Below are positions 29,215 to 39,376 of a stretch of 58,520 bases of DNA, in pieces (within the stretch, counting starts at the first letter, position 1; the number at the start of each line of letters is the position of its first letter). Made by a program: the position numbers and the translations under genes. The notes under the pieces are model-generated. The model was not told the origin of the DNA, did not search any database, and worked only from the letters and a program-made list of their open reading frames with translations. This DNA is from Anaerolineae bacterium (GTDB lineage: Bacteria; Chloroflexota; Anaerolineae; JACIWR01): positions 1-58,520 of the forward strand of contig JANLFX010000009.1 in NCBI GenBank assembly GCA_024653325.1, given 5' to 3'.

Positions 29215-30600
29215 TCACCGCACATCCAAACGACTCAGGGGTGACCGCAAACGTTGTAGCTGACGACGGGCCTCGACCAGACGTTCTCTCACGTCTTCAC
29301 GTAAGGGGTCAAGGCGTTGTGCTTCCTCTAACCAGCCTACCGCTTTATCCCATTCACCGGAGTCACAATAAACTGTTGCCTGGTTATAGAACCGCGCCGC
29401 CTCTTCGACATCTTGCTGCTCCGCCAGTGAAAGGGCTGCCGCAGACAGAAGGGCAGCCGCGTCGAGATATGTTGGCTCCATGCTCACGACCTCGCTCAGT
29501 TCGTCCACAGCTTCCTGCCAGCGTTTTGCTTCCATAGCTTCACGGGCGGCTGTGTACAGGGCAAACAATCGGGCATGAAGCCCGGCGTAAGCCAATCTCT
29601 GAGCAGCATCCTGATAGGTGGGTTCGATTTTGAGCACCTGGTTGAGCAGGTTCACTGCCTGAGACCACTTCTCGGTTTGCATGGCCTCGATGGCCCGCTC
29701 GTACAAACTCCTCAGGAGAAGCTCGCGCACCTGTTGAGAGCGGGGCGTGGGGGGCAAAGTGACGCGGGGTAATTCTTGCCCCCCCATTACCGCCTCGATA
29801 GCTTCCAACATCTCGGCTGGGGTCTGGAAACGATCCGCCGGATCTTTGGCCAACGCTTTATTGACCAGTTCCTCCACCGGCGCCGGTAGCTCCAGCTTAC
29901 TGAGAGCCAGCATCGGAGGCTTGTTAGCAATGTGCTGGCTGATGATAGACCAGGGGCTGGAAGCTTCAAAGGGCAGGTCGCCGCTCAGCAGCTCGTACAT
30001 CACAATGCCCAGCGAGTAGATATCCGAGCGGATGTCCACCACCTCACCCATTGCCTGTTCTGGCGAGATGTAATAGGGGGAGCCGATGAACCCGGACTGG
30101 GTAATAGAGGGCAGGGTGCGGGCCCGCGCGATGCCAAAATCAAGCACTTTCACCGCCCCATCAGGAGTGATCATCAGGTTCTCAGGTTTGATGTCCCTAT
30201 GGACAATGCCGTGCTCATTGGCATGCTGCAGGGCTCGCGCTACCTGGGCCGCGATGCTCAACACCTCCTGGTAAGGCAATGGACCACGGCGATTGAGCAC
30301 ACTTTTCAGGTCCTCGCCAGCCACTTTCTCCATCACCAGGTAATGGATGTCACGATCGGCTCCGTAATCCAGTACCTTGACAATGTGGGGACTGGAGAGC
30401 TTGATCGCCAGTTTGGCCTCGCGCGTGAAGCGCTGGATGTAAGAGACATCCTCGCCGTACTGAGGATACAGCACCTTGATCGCCACTTCCCGGTGCTCTT
30501 TAAGATCTTCCGCCAGATAGACCCAGGCCATTCCGCCGGTGCCTAGCTCGCGGATAATTCTGTACCGATTGCTCAGTATTTCCCCAAGCACACCTTTCAC
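29215..30600 (-). CDS. Hanks-type Ser/Thr protein kinase with C-terminal TPR-like repeats
   Basis: LGTGGMAWVY, VAIK, HRDIKPEN, DFGIA, SPEQ, DIYSLG; repeated W..A...L helices. Confidence 0.93.
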   Translation of the reverse strand: MKGVLGEILSNRYRIIRELGTGGMAWVYLAEDLKEHREVAIKVLYPQYGEDVSYIQRFTREAKLAIKLSSPHIVKVLDYGADRDIHYLVMEKVAGEDLKSVLNRRGPLPYQEVLSIAAQVARALQHANEHGIVHRDIKPENLMITPDGAVKVLDFGIARARTLPSITQSGFIGSPYYISPEQAMGEVVDIRSDIYSLGIVMYELLSGDLPFEASSPWSIISQHIANKPPMLALSKLELPAPVEELVNKALAKDPADRFQTPAEMLEAIEAVMGGQELPRVTLPPTPRSQQVRELLLRSLYERAIEAMQTEKWSQAVNLLNQVLKIEPTYQDAAQRLAYAGLHARLFALYTAAREAMEAKRWQEAVDELSEVVSMEPTYLDAAALLSAAALSLAEQQDVEEAARFYNQATVYCDSGEWDKAVGWLEEAQRLDPLREDVRERLVEARRQLQRLRSPLSRLDVR

Positions 30601-30783
30601 CCTTTTCCATCATGCCTATCTCCGGAGGATATTGATTATTATACCCCACTTTATGCGAATAGGCAATCATTCAATGACCAAATCCCAATTAGTCTTGTTC
30701 ATTGTACTTGAGTTTTCACCCGTTTTGGTGTATATTTATATACCACATTTTCCGGATCCAAGAAAGAAAGCGAGGCGACCAGC

Positions 30784-31233
30784 GTGAAAGTTCTCCTGAT
30801 CAAAGATGTTCAAAACCTGGGTAAGGCTGGACAGATTAAAGAAGTGGCAGATGGATATGGGCGCAATTTTCTGATCCGCCGCGGACTGGCGGTGGTAGCC
30901 ACGGAAGGCGTGGTCAAAGATACCCGCCTGCGCCTGGAGTCCGAAGCCAGACAACACGCCGAGGCTACTATGACGGCAAGCAAGCTGGCGGAGCGGTTGG
31001 AGCGGACCACGCTGACCTTTCAGCGCAGGGCGGGGGAAAAGAACCGGCTTTATGGATCAGTCACCAGCGCTGACATCGCTGAGGAACTGCAGAAGCTGAT
31101 CGGTCAACCTTTCGACAAGCGCAAAATCATGCTGGAAGAGCCTCTCCGCGAACTGGGCACTCATCGGGTAGCCATCAAGCTGATGCCTGAGGTCACGGCC
31201 CAGGTGACGATCGTTGTGGAACGCGAGGAATGA
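30784..31233 (+). CDS. rplI: 50S ribosomal protein L9
   Basis: MKVLLIKDV.NLGKAG..KEVADGYGRNFLI, LYGSVT. Confidence 0.97.
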   Translation: MKVLLIKDVQNLGKAGQIKEVADGYGRNFLIRRGLAVVATEGVVKDTRLRLESEARQHAEATMTASKLAERLERTTLTFQRRAGEKNRLYGSVTSADIAEELQKLIGQPFDKRKIMLEEPLRELGTHRVAIKLMPEVTAQVTIVVEREE

Positions 31234-31334
31234 ATCTCCCTGGTTGCTGGTAACCCGCCCAGGCTTGCCAATCACTGATGACCAGCAACCAGTAATCAGC
31301 AACCAGTAACCAGTTTTTTAGGAGGCACACACGG

Positions 31335-32300
31335 ATGAGTGAACTAGGGCAGTGGCTGCGAGAGACACGCGAGGGCAAACGTTTGTCGTTGGAACAGGTG
31401 GAGGAAGCAACGCGCATCCGCCGCAAGTTCCTTCAGGCTCTGGAAGAGGGGAATTACGCGGCCCTGCCTACACCAGTACATGTCAAAGGATTCTTGCGGA
31501 ATTACGCTCAATGTCTGGGCCTGGATGTGGCGGAGGTGCTGGCCCGCTACGAAAACGAGACCCGTGAAGGACAAACGCCACCCGAACCAGGATTGTTTCG
31601 CTCGGCAGACATCACCCTCAGCCCCACGACCTGGCTACGGCTGGATCGGATATTCGCTACCTTGATTGTCCTGGTAGTGATCCTGATCGGGGCCTGGGCT
31701 GTGCGCGAGTACCTTCTGCCGCGGTGGTCTTTTACTCTGCCATCTCTGCCGTGGCTGACCACACCGACCTCCATTGCCGAGGCGACGAGCACTCCCCAGA
31801 CAACCCCTTCGCCGACCGCCTCGCCTACCCATGCACCGTCGCCAACTCCCACGGCTTCACCCACGCCTACCAGCGGCCCAACTCCGGTTGTCACCCGGGT
31901 TACTTTGGAGGTCAAAATCACGGACCGTGCCTGGCTGCTGGTAGAAGTAGACGGGGTCAAGGTTCACGAAGGGATTATGGAGGTAGGAACCGTCCATAGC
32001 TGGCAGGGAAAGCACAGCATTCACCTGCGCTGCGGGAACGCGGGTGGAGTAGAGGCGACGGTTAACGGTGAACTGCTGGGGAATCTCGGCGCGCGCGGGG
32101 AGGTAGTAGACCTGTATTGGGGACCGCAAGGGCAGATCACCCCCACGGTGGCCGTTACTCCGGTCGTGACTGAAACGATCACTATCACACCTGGCGAAAC
32201 GGAGACCGCCACTACCACGCCAGAACCCACGCTCACGCCAGGCGAAGAGGCTGAGGTCACGGTCTCACCAGAGCCCACCGAGGCTACTACCACTCCCTGA
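31335..32300 (+). CDS. rodZ: RodZ-like protein (HTH, TM, Pro/Thr linker, DUF4115)
   Basis: LGQWLRETRE...TRIRRKFLQALEEG...GFLRNYA; TM; LRCGNAGGV. Confidence 0.85.
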   Translation: MSELGQWLRETREGKRLSLEQVEEATRIRRKFLQALEEGNYAALPTPVHVKGFLRNYAQCLGLDVAEVLARYENETREGQTPPEPGLFRSADITLSPTTWLRLDRIFATLIVLVVILIGAWAVREYLLPRWSFTLPSLPWLTTPTSIAEATSTPQTTPSPTASPTHAPSPTPTASPTPTSGPTPVVTRVTLEVKITDRAWLLVEVDGVKVHEGIMEVGTVHSWQGKHSIHLRCGNAGGVEATVNGELLGNLGARGEVVDLYWGPQGQITPTVAVTPVVTETITITPGETETATTTPEPTLTPGEEAEVTVSPEPTEATTTP

Positions 32301-32380
32301 CCAGGAGAACTGATTGACGGTGGAACACACGGAAGGTGGACTTTTTCCGTGTGTTTTGTTTACATTAGAACGAGGATTCT

Positions 32381-33697
32381 ATGCGCTATCAACTGATCTC
32401 CCTGGGTTGTCCCAAAAATACCGTGGATGCTCAGGGAATGGCTCGCCTGCTGGACGCAGCCGGCCATGTATCCACCGAAGATGCGCAGGATGCTGACCTG
32501 CTCATCGTCAATACCTGCGGCTTCATCGCCGAGGCTCGAGAGGAATCACTGGCCGTTTTGCGAGAGCTGGCCGCTTCTCTGCGTCCTGGACAGCGACTGA
32601 TAGCTGCCGGATGCATGGCTCAATATACGCCAGAAATACTGCGCCAGACCATTCCGGAGCTGAGCGGGCTACTGGGCACTCGCCGTTGGAGCGAGGTGCT
32701 GAACCTGATAGAACAAATGCAACAGCAGTCCACGCCGGTTGTCTGGCTCGGCGATCCGCCGGGCGGGCTGGTGGCATCGGCGGGCTGGCCGCGTATTGCT
32801 GTACAGGGTGCCAGCGCTTACCTCAAAATCGCCGAGGGATGTAGTGCGCCTTGCGCCTTCTGCGCCATTCCTGCTATCAAAGGCCCTGCTCGCAGCCGGC
32901 CCATGGCTGCTGTGGTCAGCGACGCCCGCGCGCTGGTGGCCGCGGGCGTGAAAGAAATTGTGCTGATCGCCCAGGATACCACCGCCTATGGTCGGGATCA
33001 AAAGCAGAACGATGCTCTGCCTGATCTGATCAGAGCTATCCTGGAAGCTACACCCGAGTTACTCTGGTTGCGTTTGATGTACACCTACCCGCAACACGTC
33101 ACTCCACGCCTGATCGAAACCATGGTCCGCTATCCTCAGGTCTGTCACTACCTGGACATGCCCCTCCAGCACGGCCATCCCGATGTTCTGCGCCGGATGC
33201 GCCGTCCACATGATATACAGCGTATTCTCCGCTTGATTGAGGACCTGCGCACGGCTATGCCCGATATTGCCCTGCGCACCTCATTCATCGTCGGCTACCC
33301 TGGCGAGAGCGAGGGCGAGTTCGAGACGCTGCTGGATTTCGTCGCCGAAATAGCCTTCGATCACGTGGGCACCTTTACCTATTCTCCCGAAATCGGTACC
33401 CCGGCGGCTGACCTTCCCGGCCAGTTGCCCGATGAAGTGAAGATGGAACGTTATGAGCGATTGATGAGCCTGCAACAGGGCATCTCACTGGAGCGCAATC
33501 GTGCGCAGGTGGGACGCACGCTGGACGTGCTGTTAGAGGGTTGTGGCGATGGGCTGAGCGTCGGGCGGTCGTACCGCGACGCGCCGGAGATTGATGGCCT
33601 GGTGATTGTCACCGACGAACTGCCGGTGGGGGAAATGGTGCCAGTGTATATCGAAAAAGCGATGGAATACGACCTGCAAGGCCGTGTCATTGCGTAA
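32381..33697 (+). CDS. rimO: Ribosomal protein S12 methylthiotransferase
   Basis: SLGCPKNTVD, NTCGFI, GCSAPCAFC (radical SAM), LRLMYTYP, DAPEIDG. Confidence 0.95.
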   Translation: MRYQLISLGCPKNTVDAQGMARLLDAAGHVSTEDAQDADLLIVNTCGFIAEAREESLAVLRELAASLRPGQRLIAAGCMAQYTPEILRQTIPELSGLLGTRRWSEVLNLIEQMQQQSTPVVWLGDPPGGLVASAGWPRIAVQGASAYLKIAEGCSAPCAFCAIPAIKGPARSRPMAAVVSDARALVAAGVKEIVLIAQDTTAYGRDQKQNDALPDLIRAILEATPELLWLRLMYTYPQHVTPRLIETMVRYPQVCHYLDMPLQHGHPDVLRRMRRPHDIQRILRLIEDLRTAMPDIALRTSFIVGYPGESEGEFETLLDFVAEIAFDHVGTFTYSPEIGTPAADLPGQLPDEVKMERYERLMSLQQGISLERNRAQVGRTLDVLLEGCGDGLSVGRSYRDAPEIDGLVIVTDELPVGEMVPVYIEKAMEYDLQGRVIA

Positions 33698-33719
33698 GAC
33701 GGGTTGAAGCCCGTCTTAC
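33694..33719. repeat. GTAA/GTAG-type REP palindrome
   Basis: GTAAGACGGG-TTGAAG-CCCGTCTTAC; related copy at 34636-34663. Confidence 0.7.
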
Positions 33720-34141
33720 TGGGTTAAATCGGGTTTGTCACTGTCCCCGACCACTTCGTAGTCTACATCAATCACCTGGGACGGGGGCGCGGACTTCAAT
33801 TCTGGTGCGGAAGTTTTTTCACCATTAACCGTGCGCCAGGGGTTCATCTGGGCCGTGATCTGCTCCAGATGCTCTTGCACGATATTTTGCGGACAGAGCT
33901 GGATAAACCCCCAGATACCGAGCATGATCACGGAAAGGTCATCGAGCTGGCCCAGACCCAGGAGGGCATCAGGGATGATATCAATCGGGGAGAGAATGTA
34001 GAGAAGCGTGGCTGGCGGGATGAGTTTCTGCCAGATAGGTACCCGAGAATCCCGGAACAGCCGCCAGGCCAGTCTGAGGTTCTTGATAATCTCGGTTAAT
34101 AATCCGGTTTGTTCCTCCGGTGCGCTCAACCTTTTGGTCAT
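33716..34141 (-). CDS. DUF1232 (YkvA) family protein
   Basis: LYILSPIDIIPD...GLGQLDD. Confidence 0.9.
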   Translation of the reverse strand: MTKRLSAPEEQTGLLTEIIKNLRLAWRLFRDSRVPIWQKLIPPATLLYILSPIDIIPDALLGLGQLDDLSVIMLGIWGFIQLCPQNIVQEHLEQITAQMNPWRTVNGEKTSAPELKSAPPSQVIDVDYEVVGDSDKPDLTQ

Positions 34142-34235
34142 CGTGCCCTCCTGGAAGGGTATTATAGTAGCAAATCAGCAAATCGGCAAATCGGCAAGTC
34201 AGCAAGTCAGCGAATCAACGAGGAAGGGGGAAACT

Positions 34236-34631
34236 ATGGGAATTGAGGATATTGTGCCGGGTCTGGTAGGCCAGGCGGAGTTGGTCGTCGCCGAGGAGAA
34301 CACGGCCCGTCATTTGGGCAGCGGGAATGTGTCCGTGCTGGCCACGCCGGAGATGGTGCGCCTGATGGAGCGAGCCAGCGTGGCTGCGGTGGATCACCTC
34401 CTGCCCTCCGGTCAGCATACGGTGGGGGTCCACCTGGACGTGCGCCACCTGGCCGCCACGCCGGTGGGCATGCGCGTCGTCGCTCGCTCGGAACTGGTGG
34501 CCGTGGAGGGGCGCAAGCTCACCTTTCACGTGGAAGTCCACGATGAGGTGGAAAAAGTGGGCGAGGGCACCCACGGACGGATGATCATTGACCTGGACCG
34601 TTTTCGCGCGCGGGTGGAACGCAAACGGTAA
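34236..34631 (+). CDS. FlK-like hotdog-fold thioesterase
   Basis: GSG.V.VLATP.MV.LME, TVG...VRHLAATPVG, GTHGR. Confidence 0.9.
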   Translation: MGIEDIVPGLVGQAELVVAEENTARHLGSGNVSVLATPEMVRLMERASVAAVDHLLPSGQHTVGVHLDVRHLAATPVGMRVVARSELVAVEGRKLTFHVEVHDEVEKVGEGTHGRMIIDLDRFRARVERKR

Positions 34632-34683
34632 CCGCGTAGAATGGGCTTCAAGCCCGTTTTTACAACGTATCGGGAGGTGGATT

Positions 34684-35193
34684 GTGGAATTCTCGGAACT
34701 GATTACCAGACGCTACTCTGTACGGGCTTACCGACCAGACCCGGTGGAGGACGAGAAATTGCAGGGGGTGTTGGAGGCAGCGCGTCTGGCCCCCACTGCC
34801 GCTAACCGGCAACCATTTCAGCTCATCGTGATCCACACAGCAGGCCGGGAAAAGGAGTTGAAGCGCATATACAATGCGGATTGGTTCACGCGCGCTCCTT
34901 TGATCATCTGTGCGTGCAGCGTGCCGGCCCAGGGTTGGAGCCGCAAGGATGGCAAGAACTACAGTGACGTAGACGTGGCCATCGTCATGGATCACCTGGT
35001 GCTGGCTGCCACCGATGCCGGACTGGGCACGTGCTGGATCGGCGCCTTTGATCCGGATGCGGCGCGGGAGGTGCTGGGCTTGCCCGAGGGTGTGGAACCG
35101 ATTGCTTTTACGCCTTTGGGTTACCCGGCGGACCAACCCCGGCCCAAAAGACGCAAAGCCCTGTCCGAGCTGGTGCGATATGAACGGTGGTAA
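34684..35193 (+). CDS. Nitroreductase family protein
   Basis: RRYSVRAY, APTAANRQP, GLGTCWIG, PLGYP, RK. Confidence 0.92.
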   Translation: MEFSELITRRYSVRAYRPDPVEDEKLQGVLEAARLAPTAANRQPFQLIVIHTAGREKELKRIYNADWFTRAPLIICACSVPAQGWSRKDGKNYSDVDVAIVMDHLVLAATDAGLGTCWIGAFDPDAAREVLGLPEGVEPIAFTPLGYPADQPRPKRRKALSELVRYERW

Positions 35194-35242
35194 AAGTAGG
35201 GCAAGACGTTGTCTTGCTCTACAAAGGGAATCTTGGGAGGAG

Positions 35243-35911
35243 TTGAACAGCCAGATTGTGAGCTGTGCAGCCTGTCCTCGGTTGGTAGCTTACCGGCAGG
35301 AGGTGGCCCGCATTAAACGGCGAGCTTTCCTGGGCTGGGAATATTGGGGCCGTCCTGTGCCAGGCTTCGGTGATCGTCACGCGCGGCTCCTGATCGTCGG
35401 TCTGGCTCCGGCCGCCCATGGGGCCAATCGCACCGGACGCATGTTCACCGGCGACAGTTCAGGCCACACGCTAATCGAAGCCCTTTACCGTTTCGGATTT
35501 GCCAACCAACCCACATCGCAACATCGGAACGACGGTTTGGAGCTAGACGATGCTTTCCTCACCGCCGTGGTACGCTGTGTACCGCCGAACAACCGGCCAA
35601 CCCGTGAGGAACAAAACAATTGCCGGGCCTATCTGGCGCGGGAACTGCTTTTGCTTTCCTCGGTGCGGGTCGTGCTGGTTCTGGGACGTATCGCCTTTGA
35701 CGGCTATCTGGCATTGCTGCAGGAGCAGGGGGTAGACGTTCCTTACCTGACTTTCCACCACGGCGCTTTCTACGACTTCGCTCCCCCCTTGCCTGCCCTG
35801 GTTGTCTCCTATCATCCCAGTCGCCAGAACACCCAGACCGGTCGCCTGACCCCAGAAATGCTGGATGTGGTCCTGGCCCGAATCCGGGCACTGCTAGGAA
35901 ATACACTGTGA
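35243..35911 (+). CDS. Uracil-DNA glycosylase, family 5 (UdgB-like, Fe-S)
   Basis: CAACPRL, GLAPAAHGANRTGRMFTGDSSG, RCVPP.N.P, YHPSRQNT; start uncertain. Confidence 0.88.
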   Translation: MNSQIVSCAACPRLVAYRQEVARIKRRAFLGWEYWGRPVPGFGDRHARLLIVGLAPAAHGANRTGRMFTGDSSGHTLIEALYRFGFANQPTSQHRNDGLELDDAFLTAVVRCVPPNNRPTREEQNNCRAYLARELLLLSSVRVVLVLGRIAFDGYLALLQEQGVDVPYLTFHHGAFYDFAPPLPALVVSYHPSRQNTQTGRLTPEMLDVVLARIRALLGNTL

Positions 35912-36516
35912 GCAAAAACTTCGACTACGAACGCTTCTACGATCTAATCGCCCCGGTCTACGGTGTTGCCATGCGCCTGATCCCGGTGTGGCGGCACTAC
36001 ACGGAAGTGGTACTTTCCTGGTTGCCCCCAAGCGGCGCCGTGCTGGAGATTGGCCCAGGTCCCGGTTTGCTGCTGACGAAACTGGTTGAACGATATTCGC
36101 TGGCCGTTGGCCTGGACCTTTCATCGGGTATGCTCCGGCAGGCGCAGCGCCGTCTACGCTGCGCCCATCTGTCGGTGCGCCTGGTCCGCGCTGAGGCCAC
36201 GCACCTGCCTTTTCCTGCAGGCAGCTTTGATGGGATAGTCATCACCTTCACGTTCAGTGCTATCCCCAATGGTCTGGCCGCCATGGAGGAGATGGCCCGC
36301 GTGCTGCGTGCGGGGGGCAGACTAACCCTGGTGGACGCCGGTATGCCCGGCGATGGGAATCCGCTCGGCACGGGCCTGGCCCGGCTATGGGAGAAGTTCG
36401 GTGACTTCATGCGGGACGAGGCAGCATTGATGCGCGAGGCCGGGCTGGAGGTCATCGAATGCCGTGAATTCGGCGCTTTCAATAGCATCCGCTTGGTGGT
36501 GGGCCGTCAACCATGA
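35908..36516 (+). CDS. Class I SAM-dependent methyltransferase
   Basis: VLEIGPGPG, GLDLSSGML, LPFPAGSFD, RVLRAGG. Confidence 0.88.
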   Translation: MSKNFDYERFYDLIAPVYGVAMRLIPVWRHYTEVVLSWLPPSGAVLEIGPGPGLLLTKLVERYSLAVGLDLSSGMLRQAQRRLRCAHLSVRLVRAEATHLPFPAGSFDGIVITFTFSAIPNGLAAMEEMARVLRAGGRLTLVDAGMPGDGNPLGTGLARLWEKFGDFMRDEAALMREAGLEVIECREFGAFNSIRLVVGRQP

Positions 36517-36611
36517 ACACACGCGGCGCACCGGGTGTTGGTCGGGCTCAAGCGACTGGCCAGAGGTGAAACGGTGATTCTTCGTCAAGCTACCGGCATC
36601 TGGAGGTACAC

Positions 36612-38897
36612 GTGCACGAGTTTCTGGAAGGCACGGTAGAGCGCATCACCTATAGCCACGAGGAGACGGGTTACACCGTGGCCCGGCTGGCCGTGGATGG
36701 TCAACCCGACCTGGTGACCATCGTCGGCAACCTGCTGGACATCAACGTGGGTGAGCGGTTGCGTCTGGAGGGCTTCTGGACCACTCATGCCCAGTATGGA
36801 CGCCAGTTCAAGGTCGTCAACTACAAGACCGTGCTGCCCGCCACCGTGGAAGGCATCCGCCGATACCTGGGCTCCGGCCTGATCAAGGGCATTGGGCCGG
36901 TCACTGCCCGGCGCATCGTCAACAAATTCGGGGCCGGTACACTGGATATTATCGAACACCACCCCGAGCGCCTGCTGGAAGTGCTGGGGGTAGGCCGCAA
37001 ACGAGTGCAGATGATCACCCGCGCCTGGGAGGAGCAGCGACGTATCAAAGAGGTGATGCTATTCCTCCAATCGCACCAGGTGAGCACCAGTCTGGCGGTG
37101 AAGATCTACAAACAATATGGTGACGAGGCTATCGCCGTTGTACAGGAAAACCCTTACCGCCTGGCCCGCGATGTCTACGGCATCGGCTTCCTGACGGCGG
37201 ATAAAATCGCCCGGGACCTGGGTTTGCCTGCTGATTCCCCCCAGCGAGTAGCGGCAGGTATCTCTTACGTACTGAGTGAGCTGGCCGATGAAGGGCATGT
37301 GTACGTCCCTCAGGATACTCTTATAGCCGAGGCTGCCAAAATCTTGGCCGTGCCGCCTGATTTGGTGCAGGAAAGCCTGGAACAGTTGGAGGACGAGGAG
37401 CAGGTACATCGGGAGACGATTGTGTATAGTGCACCGGAACGGAGGGGCGGAGTAAAACTGGGGGAACCCGGAGTAGGGGAACTCGGGGGGAAACAGGGGG
37501 AACTCAGGGAGGAGCGAGCGGTTTATCTTCTGCCCTTCTACTATGGTGAAGTCGGGGTAGCTGGCTGTCTGCGGGCCTTGCTCGACGCAGACCGCAGCCG
37601 CTTGAGTTTCTACCGCTCGGCGAATTGGGAACAAGTTTTTGCTTATCTGGCCGAATCCTCGCAGTTGCAACTCTCATCGCAGCAGCAGGAGGCAGTGCGC
37701 ACGGCCCTCACTCACAAGGTGACTGTGCTCACCGGTGGGCCGGGCACCGGCAAAACGACCACCGTGCAGACCATCATCCGCCTGCTGGAGGCCCGCCGCC
37801 GTTCTTATGCCCTGGCTTCACCGACAGGCCGCGCCGCCAAACGCCTGAGCGAGGCTACCGACCGCCCGGCCCAGACCGTGCACCGCCTGCTGGAATACTC
37901 GCCAGCCGAGGGATTCAAGCGCAACGAAAACAATCCGCTGAACGTGGACATGGTGATCGTTGACGAAGTGAGCATGCTGGACCTCCTGCTGACCAATCAT
38001 CTGCTCAAAGCCATCCCCGTGGATGCGCACCTGTTGTTGGTAGGCGATGTGGACCAGCTTCCCTCGGTGGGGGCAGGCAACGTTTTGCGCGATGTCATTG
38101 ACTCCGGTCAGGCGGCGGTAGTGCGGCTGGATACTATCTTCCGCCAGGCAGCCGATAGCTACATCGTGGTCAACGCGCACCGCATCAACCATGGACAAAT
38201 GCCCCTTTTCCCCAAAGGAGCCAGAGATTTCTTCCTGTTTGTCAAAGACGATCCCGACGAGGCAGCCGATTTGCTGGTGGACATTGTCCAAAACCGTATC
38301 CCGCGTAAGTTCGGGTTCCGGCCCCTGGACGACGTACAGGTGCTCAGTCCCATGTATCGCGGAGCGGTAGGTGTGGCCAACCTGAATGCCCGGCTGCAGG
38401 CGGCTCTGAATCCGCCGGGACCGCACAAACCGGAGCGTCGGGTCGGGGGGCGGGTGTTCAGGGTCGGAGATCGGGTCATTCAACTGCGGAACAACTACGA
38501 CCTCGAGGTGTTCAATGGCGACGTGGGGCGCATCGCGGCCATTGACCTCGTGAACCAGACGCTCACCGTGGACATGGATGGTCGTTTGGTGCAATACGAC
38601 TGGGCCGACGCTGACCAGTTGGCTCACGCTTTCGCCATATCGGTACATAAAAGCCAGGGCAGCGAATATCCGGTAGTGGTCATGCCGGTGATGACCACCC
38701 ATTACATGATGTTGACCCGCCCGATTCTTTATACCGGGGTCACGCGAGCCCGTAATCTGGTCGTTCTGGTTGGGAGCAAGCGGGCGATTGCCATCGCCGT
38801 GCACAACAACCGGGTAGCCGATCGTCATTCCGCGTTGGATGTGCGCTTGCTGGGTAAGCCTGTCCCACATTGCATAAATCACAAAATGATGATATAA
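36612..38897 (+). CDS. recD2: RecD2 helicase
   Basis: YLGSGLIKGIG, GIGF.TAD, GGPGTGKTT, VDEVSM, GDVDQLPSVG, HKSQGSEY, YTGVTRA. Confidence 0.96.
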   Translation: MHEFLEGTVERITYSHEETGYTVARLAVDGQPDLVTIVGNLLDINVGERLRLEGFWTTHAQYGRQFKVVNYKTVLPATVEGIRRYLGSGLIKGIGPVTARRIVNKFGAGTLDIIEHHPERLLEVLGVGRKRVQMITRAWEEQRRIKEVMLFLQSHQVSTSLAVKIYKQYGDEAIAVVQENPYRLARDVYGIGFLTADKIARDLGLPADSPQRVAAGISYVLSELADEGHVYVPQDTLIAEAAKILAVPPDLVQESLEQLEDEEQVHRETIVYSAPERRGGVKLGEPGVGELGGKQGELREERAVYLLPFYYGEVGVAGCLRALLDADRSRLSFYRSANWEQVFAYLAESSQLQLSSQQQEAVRTALTHKVTVLTGGPGTGKTTTVQTIIRLLEARRRSYALASPTGRAAKRLSEATDRPAQTVHRLLEYSPAEGFKRNENNPLNVDMVIVDEVSMLDLLLTNHLLKAIPVDAHLLLVGDVDQLPSVGAGNVLRDVIDSGQAAVVRLDTIFRQAADSYIVVNAHRINHGQMPLFPKGARDFFLFVKDDPDEAADLLVDIVQNRIPRKFGFRPLDDVQVLSPMYRGAVGVANLNARLQAALNPPGPHKPERRVGGRVFRVGDRVIQLRNNYDLEVFNGDVGRIAAIDLVNQTLTVDMDGRLVQYDWADADQLAHAFAISVHKSQGSEYPVVVMPVMTTHYMMLTRPILYTGVTRARNLVVLVGSKRAIAIAVHNNRVADRHSALDVRLLGKPVPHCINHKMMI

Positions 38898-39163
38898 TGG
38901 CAGCCGATAGAGTCAGGAGGTGGGAGCAATGATGCCCCAGGACCTCCAGGATGGAGGATGTGCTGGTCATGTATTTCGCGCTGACCGAAAAGCCCAGGCA
39001 GATTCAACGGACAGTGCGTAGTTTCTCCGAGCAGGAGACTGTTGTAATTGCAGGTAGTGTTATCAAGGTCCATTCCTTGATACCGTTATCGCCCAAGATG
39101 GCCGTCCAGGGCTTTCTTGGGCATTTATGTGCCTGACAATTGAACCGGAATACCGTAACGCGG

Positions 39164-39320
39164 CGTTCATGCCGCAACCAGCCGTCCGCCTGCGCGGACG
39201 GCCACAATACCGCGTCGGCGCAGGCCGACGCCCGGCCGAAGGCCTCACAGGTGCGACCTCGGTCGCGATTCCCTCAGGGTTCCGACTAGCAGATTATTTT
39301 CTTAAAGTTCGTAAGTCGTC
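39164..39320 (+). mobile_element. Partial copy of hairpin-rich MITE (one terminal inverted repeat)
   Basis: Near-identical, inverted, to 46643-46793; ends CTAGCAGATTATTTTCTTAAAGTTCGTAAGTCGTC. Confidence 0.7.
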
Positions 39321-39376
39321 ACTACGAATCCGAATTCCCATGAGTATCTTATAATTCGAGAAAGGAGGACCGGACA

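Noticed and set aside
31755-32297. Repetitive DNA in the rodZ-like gene
   Set aside because: Explained by Pro/Thr-rich linker coding, not a nucleotide-level repeat.
36517-36611. Additional LexA boxes before repair genes (recD2, udg, nfo)
   Set aside because: No GAAC-N4-GTTC match found by eye upstream of these genes.
37818-38882. Long antisense ORFs (this 354-aa one; also 11396-12088, 16501-17262, 22477-23322, 56768-57655)
   Set aside because: They shadow well-supported genes on the opposite strand in GC-rich DNA and have no recognisable motifs.
38928-39136. Short ORFs downstream of recD2
   Set aside because: An RBS-like AGGAGGT is present, but no recognisable product; may be a gene remnant and cannot be supported.
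39127-39354. Similar peptides encoded at 39127-39354 and 46621-46854
   Set aside because: The similarity comes from the shared MITE DNA; no RBS or other sign of coding function.
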